Positions 55,734-64,000 of a stretch of 64,000 bases of DNA are shown piece after piece. The position numbers and the translations under genes are program-made. The stretch is from NCBI GenBank assembly GCA_023417935.1, contig JAEZDY010000022.1, positions 19,593 to 83,592 on the forward strand. The letters run 5' to 3'. Each line of letters opens with the position of its first letter. The first letter of the stretch is position 1. This DNA comes from Bacteroidota bacterium. GTDB taxonomy: Bacteria; Bacteroidota; Bacteroidia; Bacteroidales; Lentimicrobiaceae. The notes under the pieces were generated by a model that saw nothing but the letters and a program-made list of their open reading frames with translations, was not told the DNA's origin and did not search any database.

Positions 55734-58700
55734 ATGGAAAATAACAGCAGACACATAGATACATATCTTGCTTTAGCTAATAGTCTTCGTTTTAAGTTAT
55801 GGGCAATTGTTGGCGAAAACATGGTTAAAAAAAATAAAATTATCCAATATTTACAAAAGCAGGGTTATCTGTTGGTTGATGTTGGTGCCGAGTTGAGCAG
55901 CTTATATAAAGAATTAGATGCTAATGAAGAACCCTCACACGACATAGGCCAAAAAATAAAAGATTGGTTTCTCTCAAAACCGGAGAAGCTTATCCTTACC
56001 AATGCAAGCATTCTTTATCATAACGCTTTTACGAAGATTTCACCGGTTGGTGCTTTCAAATATAATTCGCGGAATAAGAGCAGTGTACTATTCTTAGAAG
56101 ATGAAAAGATTATCAGCAATCGTATTTCTTATGGCCAGGCAGGATCGGAAGAGTATTACGATAAGGATATTAACGATATACTGATTACCAAAATCGGGGA
56201 CATTGAAGAAAACTATGAAACCCTTTCGTCAACAGATGGCGTAGAATATAAAACTGGAAATAAATTACCAGATGATGCCATTGGCAATTTATTCAACTAC
56301 ACCATAATTAAAGATGTTGTAGATATTGATACCGACTTAAAACAAGAAGATTTACAAAAGGAGTTAATATCCAGTTACATTATCTCCGAAGGGCTTGAGC
56401 AACAGATTATCGATTTCTTTGATAATCTGCAAAAACAAAATCATAAGGCTGTAAAGATAATTGGTAACTACGGTAGTGGTAAATCTCACTTAATAGCTTT
56501 TTTGGTAAGCATCATCAATAATGAAAGTTATCGTTCACTCATTAAAAATGCGAAGGTTAGAAAAACTGCTGAAAAAATATCTCGTAAGTTTTTTACAGTT
56601 CAGTTTGAATTACAACCGGTAGATGTTGACTTGTCTTTTTTCTTTTTCAGAGAATTAGAAAAACAAATAAAGCAAGCATACGGTATAGAAATACCAAAGC
56701 TGACAAAGGACACAATTAATTTCAAAGACCATTTAGCAGAGATAATAGAAACACTAAAAGCGGAAGATCCTTCAAAAGGCTTGATGGTAGTCGTGGATGA
56801 AGTTTCTGACTTCTTACAAGCAAAGCAATCATTCCAGATTAAAAGAGATTTTCAATTTCTTAGAGTTGTTGCACAGGTTTGCCAAGATCAGGATATGCTT
56901 TTGGCTATTTCTATGCAGGAGGATATTTATTCAAGTCCTAAACTCAGCGATATTGCAGGTGATGAAGCTCGTATCAGTGAACGGTTCCAGAATATCATTA
57001 TCCGCAGAGAAGCAGTAAAGCAGGTTATAGCACAACGTATTGTTTCTAAGACCAAGCAACAACACATTGAGATAGAACAAAAGCTAAAACCCTTTATTGA
57101 TAAAATTGAAGATGTTGCAAACAAGCAGGAAGAATATATTGAATTGTTTCCATTTACTCCGGGCTTGCTAAACCTATTTCATGAATTGCCCTATTTTGAA
57201 AAAAGGGGTATCATCCAGTTTGCACAAAACGAATTGAAGTATGTTGTTGCCAAACCGTTTCCGTACTTCTTTACATTCGACCGCATCTATGATATTTTAG
57301 CCAATAACCCAAACAACCGTAATCTTGAAGGAGTTTACGACTTGGTTAAAGTAGTGAGTATCGTAAACCAAAAGATTGCAGCCAACCTCGACAAAAAGCT
57401 GCAAAGCGATGCCTATAAATTAGTGAAAGGTTTGGCCGTATATTCTCTTTGGAGCAAGGGTCAAAATGGAGCAACAGCAAAAGAATTGGCTGAACAGCTT
57501 TTAATTATTCCACAGAATAATGCCTTAGAAGCCTTTATGCAAGTGGCTTTGATTATTAAGAAAATCAGAGAGGCAACAGATGGTTTTTATATTAAGGTAG
57601 TTAAGGACGATGCATCAGGTAACGACTATTTCAAATTCGATCCTGCTATTGATGGCAAAGACCCGGAAGAAAGAATAGATAATGAAATTGTAGCAGTTGG
57701 AGGTGATGAAGATAAACAAGAAACAGTACTATTTGACCAGATTAAAGAAATACTGGATTTAGACCATTACAAGAATACACCCAATGTATTTTCGGATGAA
57801 TGCAATTGGGTATCTGTAAAATCATTCAGAAAAGGATTGGTTGTATTCCAACGTAAAGAACAGGAAATTGAAAACCTTGATAAAGCTGATTATGTAATCA
57901 ATCTCATTTCTCCATTCAGCAAAAAAGAGCCAAAGAAATACAGCGAAAACCAACTGAATATTAAAATCAAAGTTGGAAGACAGGAAAGTATCGAAGTAAT
58001 TAAACGCATCGTTGCCATAAAATCATTGATAAGTAAAAATATACTGGTAGCGGCAATGAACAAGAAATTGACCGATACCATTGAAGGATACAGAAACCCG
58101 GTAGGTGTTGTTGTACCGGGCATTAAGTACCGTATTGCCATGTGGATAATGAATTTATCAGAAGCCAAGCTCAATGATGGTGCAATTTCAATTAAATCGC
58201 AATTAGGAAAAGACTTCAATAACCTTTCTGAAATCATGTCAGAATTGAAAAAGAAAGTATTTGACAAATGCTTCAATGATGAGTTTCCGGAGCATCCTAA
58301 ATATGCGGAACTCCTATCCTCAAACAACATTACCAATACCATTTCAACAATAAGCGATGAAGTGACCAATGGAAATTTCAGGTCCTTATCAATTCGGAGT
58401 AAAAATTTCTTAAACACTTTAAGCCTTTTAAATGCCAATGGTGATCCTGATGTAGCGTCTAATAAAATCGCACAAATTATTCTCACCACAATAAATGCAA
58501 AGGCTGGTAAGGTGGTTGATATTGAAAAGGAAATTGATGCCCCACTTGCTAAAATTCCGTATGGTCTAGAGCCTGAAATAGTTCACTTCTTTTTAATAAT
58601 TCTAACCACGTTGGGTAAGATTGCTTTGAAAGGAAAAGGCGGTGATGAAATAGACATTTCAAATATAAAGGATAAATTCAAAAGCATTACCCAGTTTGAG

Positions 58701-59957
58701 AACATTGTATATGCAATTAAGAAGGATGATTTGTCTTATGACTTTGCTAACAATTTGCTGAATGCAATCGGTTTAAATGGTGCTAAGATGCTTCGGGAAA
58801 ATACCCGTAACGAGAGTTTCCTTGAGTATAAAAACAAGATAAAAGCAATTGCTGATGATATTAGGTCTATCAATCATCAGATAAGCAAGGCCGAAGCAAA
58901 GGCTGAGCTATATATCAACCTTGACAGCGTTAAAAAGGAAGCTGCAAAAATTACAAACATCGATTGGGCATCATTAGATATTACTAATCATGCCAGGTTC
59001 AATACCATCGAAAGGTTTAGTGGCAAGCTCACCGAAATTAAGGATAAACTATGCATATTAGAGGATTTGAAAATTTCTCTTACAGAGTACAATGAAAAAA
59101 CACACAATGGTATTCGGTATATGAAAGATGCTTTGGATATTATAGGAGCAAACCAAAAGTACCTAGGTGATCCACAAGTAGAAATAAAGCTGAAACAATT
59201 CAGTAATGATACAATTAACGTTGTTAAAGATTTCGGGAAATACATACAGTTAAAAGAACGGTTTCCGCTTGCAGGTAAGATTGATGCTTTTAAAAAAATG
59301 TATATCAATGAGTTTTATTATCCTGCTTTACAAAATACCATTGGTAACAAAGTAGATTGGAAACCACTTGAAAGTTTTACCCGAAATCCATTGTTTGAAA
59401 AGATTGGCATTTTATCAAATGCAGATTGTAACGTAAAGCAAAAAATTGATGGCAAAATCACATTGTGGGCAGATATCTTGGCAATGAGAGCAAAATCAGT
59501 TGATGTGGATAGTTTGAACGATATTCCATTTGATACACAAACGAATTTCATGAAGGTGGAGAGGGATTATTCAAGTATTGCAACTGAGAGCAAAAATATA
59601 GATGCAACACTGAAGGCGATTTTTGAAGACTATGCATCTACTACCATTGCCGAGGTTAAGAACAAAGCCGATCAATTAGCAATTGTAAAAATACCGGCAG
59701 AACAGAAGAAAGCTATTGAAGAAATTGTGAAAACAGGGGAATTACCCGATACAATTAATCAACAATTGATTGATGCCATCAACAAACTGTTTGTTGATAT
59801 AAAAATTGTTCAACTGAAGAAGGAAGATGTGATAAATGCCTTATTCAAGAAAGATGAATTGGTAACACTTGGGCAACTAAGCGAAGCCTTCTTTAATTTG
59901 AAAGAGAAATTGGAAAAGGAAAACAAAGGGCAGGAAGTACGATTCAAAATTGATTAA
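55734..59957 (+). CDS. brxC: BREX type-3-like BrxC/PglY ATPase (DUF6079-like) with N-terminal BrxF-like domain
   Basis: [11 protein letters not shown]alker A, VVVDE Walker B and ERF; first ~155 aa resemble BrxF. Confidence 0.8.
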   Translation: MENNSRHIDTYLALANSLRFKLWAIVGENMVKKNKIIQYLQKQGYLLVDVGAELSSLYKELDANEEPSHDIGQKIKDWFLSKPEKLILTNASILYHNAFTKISPVGAFKYNSRNKSSVLFLEDEKIISNRISYGQAGSEEYYDKDINDILITKIGDIEENYETLSSTDGVEYKTGNKLPDDAIGNLFNYTIIKDVVDIDTDLKQEDLQKELISSYIISEGLEQQIIDFFDNLQKQNHKAVKIIGNYGSGKSHLIAFLVSIINNESYRSLIKNAKVRKTAEKISRKFFTVQFELQPVDVDLSFFFFRELEKQIKQAYGIEIPKLTKDTINFKDHLAEIIETLKAEDPSKGLMVVVDEVSDFLQAKQSFQIKRDFQFLRVVAQVCQDQDMLLAISMQEDIYSSPKLSDIAGDEARISERFQNIIIRREAVKQVIAQRIVSKTKQQHIEIEQKLKPFIDKIEDVANKQEEYIELFPFTPGLLNLFHELPYFEKRGIIQFAQNELKYVVAKPFPYFFTFDRIYDILANNPNNRNLEGVYDLVKVVSIVNQKIAANLDKKLQSDAYKLVKGLAVYSLWSKGQNGATAKELAEQLLIIPQNNALEAFMQVALIIKKIREATDGFYIKVVKDDASGNDYFKFDPAIDGKDPEERIDNEIVAVGGDEDKQETVLFDQIKEILDLDHYKNTPNVFSDECNWVSVKSFRKGLVVFQRKEQEIENLDKADYVINLISPFSKKEPKKYSENQLNIKIKVGRQESIEVIKRIVAIKSLISKNILVAAMNKKLTDTIEGYRNPVGVVVPGIKYRIAMWIMNLSEAKLNDGAISIKSQLGKDFNNLSEIMSELKKKVFDKCFNDEFPEHPKYAELLSSNNITNTISTISDEVTNGNFRSLSIRSKNFLNTLSLLNANGDPDVASNKIAQIILTTINAKAGKVVDIEKEIDAPLAKIPYGLEPEIVHFFLIILTTLGKIALKGKGGDEIDISNIKDKFKSITQFENIVYAIKKDDLSYDFANNLLNAIGLNGAKMLRENTRNESFLEYKNKIKAIADDIRSINHQISKAEAKAELYINLDSVKKEAAKITNIDWASLDITNHARFNTIERFSGKLTEIKDKLCILEDLKISLTEYNEKTHNGIRYMKDALDIIGANQKYLGDPQVEIKLKQFSNDTINVVKDFGKYIQLKERFPLAGKIDAFKKMYINEFYYPALQNTIGNKVDWKPLESFTRNPLFEKIGILSNADCNVKQKIDGKITLWADILAMRAKSVDVDSLNDIPFDTQTNFMKVERDYSSIATESKNIDATLKAIFEDYASTTIAEVKNKADQLAIVKIPAEQKKAIEEIVKTGELPDTINQQLIDAINKLFVDIKIVQLKKEDVINALFKKDELVTLGQLSEAFFNLKEKLEKENKGQEVRFKID

Positions 59958-59977
59958 CCACTTGAAAAATTAAAAGC

Positions 59978-62470
59978 ATGGATTATAAAAATGATTTGGC
60001 AGAAAGGCTACTAGAATTAAAGAAGATTGAAGGCTTCCCTCTTGGTAAGGACGAGGACATTTTAGCTTTATCACAACCACCCTACTATACGGCTTGCCCT
60101 AATCCGTATATAAAGGAATTTATTGAAAAAAATGGAAAGCCTTATGATGCTAATATGGATTTGTACCACCGGAAGCCATATACAGATGATATTGATACAA
60201 ACAAGAACGATAAGTTGACAAACGCACATTCGTATCACACAAAATCTCCGTTTCATGCTATACAGCAATATATTGAACACTATACAGCACCTGGTGATAT
60301 TGTTTTAGATTGTTTCACTGGCTCAGGTATGACAGGAATAGCTGCACAAAAAGCCAATAGAAAAGCAGTGCTGACTGACTTGTCTCCAATTGCAAGTTAT
60401 TTGGCCTTTAATTACAATCATTCTATTGAAACGTCCCGTTTCTATACCGAAGCAACAAGAATATTGGATGAGGTTCGTGATGAAATAAACTGGATGCTTG
60501 AAACAAAGCATAAAGATGGTAGATCTGGTGTCATTAACTCTATTTTGTATAGTGAAGATTTCATTTGTCCAATTTGTTCATCAAATTTTACTTTATGGGA
60601 ATACGCAGTTGATAGTGAAAAAGGTGTCTTTAATGATCCTTTTGAATGCAAGCATTGCGGTGGTAAAATAAAAAAAGGTGATTGTGGTAAAGTAATGGAA
60701 AAACGTTACGATAAGTATCTAAACACCGAAATTGAACAAGTGAAAATAACCCCAGTTGAGATACTATATGTGATTGACAAAAAGCGTTTCAAAAAAAAAC
60801 CAGATCAATTCGACCTTGACTTAATAGCTAAAATAAGCGAATTAACAATTCCATATAGTTTTCCAACAGATAGAATGCCAGTTGGCGGTGAAACAAGAAG
60901 GAATGATAAAAATGGATTAACCAATGTGCATCATTATTTTACGCAAAGGAACTTATATACTTTGGCAGCTATTATTTCCAAAATAAAAGAGGTAAATGAT
61001 GAAGATATTCGTTCAAAGTTATACATCGCTGTAAATAGTATGTTCCTTCGGTCAAGTAAGAAAGCGATACTGGCAATTAACTACTACTTTAATGGTGGAG
61101 GCGGCTATATAGCAACAATTAGCGGTAATATGTATATAGCTTCATTGTTTTTTGAAGTTGAAGTATTAGAACAGTTTGAAACTCGAATCAAGAAAATAAA
61201 TGAAATAAATCGGCATAATTTCAACAAACAAAATACAATCGTTTCAACTCAATCTGCAACTGATTTCTCCAATGTTCCAGATACATCTATTGATTACATT
61301 TTTGTTGATCCACCTTTTGGAGAAAATCTCATGTATTCTGAATTAAATTATTTATATGAAGCATGGTTGAAAATTGCTACAAATAATAATGACGAGGCTA
61401 TAATCAACAAGTGTCAAAACAAGTCAATTAGTGAATACAATTCTTTAATGCATACTTGTTTTAAAAATCTATTCAGAGTGTTAAAGCCTAATCGTTGGAT
61501 AACTATAGAATATCACAATTCAAAATCTGCAATTTGGAACGGATTGCAGGAATCAATTACTAAAGCCGGTTTTGTTATTGCCCACACTTCAATTTTAAAA
61601 AATAAGGGCGGAAGTTTTGTAATAAATGTTTCTCCCAATTCTGTTGCTAATGATTTGATGATTAATGCCTATAAGCCCAGCGAAAAGTTTATTGAGAAAT
61701 TCACTTCTTCAGTTGGCGTAAATTTAGAAGGTGATTTTATTGATTTAGTTCTTTCTAATCTTCCGGTACAACCTATGATTGAGAGGACTGAAAAAATGCT
61801 TTACTCTAAAATGATTGCCTACTATCTACAAAAGGGTTATCAAATTAACTATGATGCTAAAAGGTTTTACGAAATGCTATATCACAATTTTGTAGAACAG
61901 GATGGATATTGGTTTACTTCAAATCAGATAAATTCCTATTCTGAATTTAAGAAAAGGCTTAAAATAGAAGGAACGGATGATTACATCAAAGGCACGCTGC
62001 TGATGTTTGTAATTGATGAAAAGTCTGCTTTGTTATGGCTTCACAGTTTCCTTAGTGAGCCAAGAGATTTTTCAGATATTTCTACAGCTTTTACCAAGCT
62101 ATCAAATATTCAAGGAGATATTGTCCCTGATTTGAAAGTATTACTTGACGAAAACTTTGTAAATGAGAACGGAAATTTCCGAAGGCCAAAATCAAATAGT
62201 GAACATTCACAAACAATTGAAAAAAGAGAAAGGGTTTTAAGAAAGGAGTTTGAGTCAATTTTGATTGAAGCAAAATCAAGCAATAGAACTAAAATTAAAT
62301 TAGTAAGGAAAGAAGCATTATACTTTGGTTTTGAAATGTGTTATAAAGAAAAAAGATTCAATGACATTCTTGAAGTAGCAAAGAAATTAGACAATATAAT
62401 TTTAGAAAACAGTTCAGAACTCAACGACTTTATAGAAGCCGCAGAGATTATGATACACGGTATTTCATAA
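59978..62470 (+). CDS. pglXI: BREX PglXI-like amino-DNA methyltransferase
   Basis: GFPLG.DEDILALS.PPYYTACPNP, HSYHTK, DCFTGSGMTG (motif I), CPIC/CKHC Zn ribbon and DPPF (motif IV). Confidence 0.85.
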   Translation: MDYKNDLAERLLELKKIEGFPLGKDEDILALSQPPYYTACPNPYIKEFIEKNGKPYDANMDLYHRKPYTDDIDTNKNDKLTNAHSYHTKSPFHAIQQYIEHYTAPGDIVLDCFTGSGMTGIAAQKANRKAVLTDLSPIASYLAFNYNHSIETSRFYTEATRILDEVRDEINWMLETKHKDGRSGVINSILYSEDFICPICSSNFTLWEYAVDSEKGVFNDPFECKHCGGKIKKGDCGKVMEKRYDKYLNTEIEQVKITPVEILYVIDKKRFKKKPDQFDLDLIAKISELTIPYSFPTDRMPVGGETRRNDKNGLTNVHHYFTQRNLYTLAAIISKIKEVNDEDIRSKLYIAVNSMFLRSSKKAILAINYYFNGGGGYIATISGNMYIASLFFEVEVLEQFETRIKKINEINRHNFNKQNTIVSTQSATDFSNVPDTSIDYIFVDPPFGENLMYSELNYLYEAWLKIATNNNDEAIINKCQNKSISEYNSLMHTCFKNLFRVLKPNRWITIEYHNSKSAIWNGLQESITKAGFVIAHTSILKNKGGSFVINVSPNSVANDLMINAYKPSEKFIEKFTSSVGVNLEGDFIDLVLSNLPVQPMIERTEKMLYSKMIAYYLQKGYQINYDAKRFYEMLYHNFVEQDGYWFTSNQINSYSEFKKRLKIEGTDDYIKGTLLMFVIDEKSALLWLHSFLSEPRDFSDISTAFTKLSNIQGDIVPDLKVLLDENFVNENGNFRRPKSNSEHSQTIEKRERVLRKEFESILIEAKSSNRTKIKLVRKEALYFGFEMCYKEKRFNDILEVAKKLDNIILENSSELNDFIEAAEIMIHGIS

Positions 62471-62474
62471 ACAT

Positions 62475-63917
62475 ATGCAGTGGCAACTATACATATATAC
62501 CAAGCTAAACTTAGAGGATAAGACACCAAAGGTTATATCAGACCATACAGGTATTTTATCTTCTGCTTCTTTTTTGTCCTTCTTGGATGAAAAGGCGGTT
62601 AGCTATTTGGTTACGGATAAGGTGCCTGAAATGCTTTCAGTATACGGTACAATGCAAGTATTGGTAATCCTTACCAATATTAAGGACGTACCTGCATTTA
62701 TCACAAATAAATTCCAGCACAAGCAATTTACACATGCTGATATTCCATTGAATGGTGATATAGCAGGCATTCTAAAAGCACTTTCTGCCGAATCTTTAAT
62801 ACATATCTTAAATTACGTTTATGCCACAGACCAGCACCTGGTAGTTAACAAGTATAATATTGAAGGTCTTTTGTCATTTGCAAAATCTCATGCTGCCTTA
62901 TCGGTAGTTAGTTCTTTAATTGAGCAAATCATTTTATTGCTTCAAACTGTTCCGCAATTTGATACCATTCTGCAATTGGGCAAGCTATGGGGTAAAGTAG
63001 TGTACCTGTCGGTTATCCATCAAGACACCCGTTATGAAAACTATATCAAACAAATTGACACATTTGCATTTTCGTTTGTTAACTCCGATGGAATGCAGCA
63101 GGCTACCTATGCTTCAACCGTTAAAAATCCAAAATCTGTTGATCGCATTTTAGCCAATATTAAAAGTCATAACGATAAAAAGATAGCTCTGATTTGTTTT
63201 GACTGCATGGGCTTTTCAGAGTGGTATCTCTTACAAGAATATTTATCAGACAGCAATTTCAACTTCACTGAAATTGCCTTATTCACCATGTTACCTTCTG
63301 TAACATCAGTTTCAAGGTCTGCAATATTTCATGGCTCACAAGATGTTTACAATATCAAATCGCCAGGAAGAGCAGATGAAGCAAAGGCTTTTGCAAATTA
63401 TTTTACTGACAATGAAGTAAAATATTTTACTGATTCGGATATCATAACCGAGGACACTTTGTTAGGATATGACTGTATCAGTATACTATACTCTTTCTTT
63501 GATGACCTTTCGCATTCAGCCCAGTTTCCGCCAAACCATAGTAATAAGTCATTATACTTTGATGCTGTAAAGGGTTATCTGAATAATTCAAAAGTGTTGC
63601 AAACATTGCAAACATTGCAAGGCAATGATTTCACCGTTTATATATGTTCAGACCACGGCTCTGTTGTTGCCGTTGGCAACGGCCAAAAACTGGATAAATA
63701 CCTTACTGACAATTTCGCCAAAAGAGCTGCTATTGTTGCTGAAGTATCAGCAGATTTAATTGAGCACACTAAAATTAAAATTCCTTTTGTTGAAGGAAAG
63801 ATTATTGTACTGCCCGAAGGCAGAACAATGTTTGCAAACAATAATCAAATTGAAATCAATCACGGAGGGATTACCGTTGAAGAAATGGTAGTGCCCTATA
63901 TTAAGTTACAGAAATGA
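62475..63917 (+). CDS. pglZ: BREX PglZ alkaline-phosphatase-superfamily protein
   Basis: FDCMG, LPSVTSVSR.AIF, SDHG and HGGITVEEMVVP motifs. Confidence 0.9.
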   Translation: MQWQLYIYTKLNLEDKTPKVISDHTGILSSASFLSFLDEKAVSYLVTDKVPEMLSVYGTMQVLVILTNIKDVPAFITNKFQHKQFTHADIPLNGDIAGILKALSAESLIHILNYVYATDQHLVVNKYNIEGLLSFAKSHAALSVVSSLIEQIILLLQTVPQFDTILQLGKLWGKVVYLSVIHQDTRYENYIKQIDTFAFSFVNSDGMQQATYASTVKNPKSVDRILANIKSHNDKKIALICFDCMGFSEWYLLQEYLSDSNFNFTEIALFTMLPSVTSVSRSAIFHGSQDVYNIKSPGRADEAKAFANYFTDNEVKYFTDSDIITEDTLLGYDCISILYSFFDDLSHSAQFPPNHSNKSLYFDAVKGYLNNSKVLQTLQTLQGNDFTVYICSDHGSVVAVGNGQKLDKYLTDNFAKRAAIVAEVSADLIEHTKIKIPFVEGKIIVLPEGRTMFANNNQIEINHGGITVEEMVVPYIKLQK

Positions 63918-64000
63918 TAGGATATGATAGACCGCTGAAACCGGAATGGATATATAAAACATTACAAATGGTGGAACCAGGCAGAAAGCCTGAGGAGTAT
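63914..64000 (+). CDS. Probable BrxA-like protein (partial, runs off window)
   Basis: ATGA overlap with pglZ; MIGYDRPLKPEWIYKTLQMVEPG...; occupies the type-3 brxA position. Confidence 0.5.
   Translation, partial: MIGYDRPLKPEWIYKTLQMVEPGRKPEEY

Noticed and set aside
59978..62470. Type III restriction-modification Mod subunit
   Set aside because: Flanked by a BrxC-like ATPase and PglZ with no Res helicase, so BREX fits better.

Overview
Window from a Bacteroidota chromosome, probably an anaerobic Bacteroidales. This is inferred from T9SS C-terminal domains, an ECF sigma/FecR pair and TAnnTTTG -7 promoter elements. The first ~45.8 kb is housekeeping and accessory: FecR/ECF sigma, a MOT1-type oxyanion transporter, a Tat-signal Fe-S protein plus AOR-family oxidoreductase, a K+-channel-like protein, an S8 protease, pstSCAB-phoU-porin with a Pho-box-like array, a CusA/TolC/CusB metal efflux system, three tandem T9SS proteins sharing seven copies of an unrecognised ~270-aa domain, and small enzymes separated by GTTCAA-type tandem repeats and REP-like hairpins. 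From ~45.9 to 55.5 kb lies a compact phage-like module, the best candidate for an undescribed system. It has a rightward replication operon (HTH, duplicated wHTH, initiator with internal iteron-like repeats) and a leftward operon of a DUF6266-like gene, a structured RNA-like element and a holin-like/M23 endolysin/u-spanin-like lysis cassette. A second DUF6266-like gene follows the replication operon, and both are preceded by helically phased palindromic repeat arrays. No capsid, terminase, tail or integrase is recognisable. From 55.7 kb to the end is a type-3-like BREX locus with an apparent BrxF-BrxC fusion and no BrxHII between the methyltransferase and PglZ; the window edge cuts it off. All family assignments come from motif recognition by eye, with no database searches.
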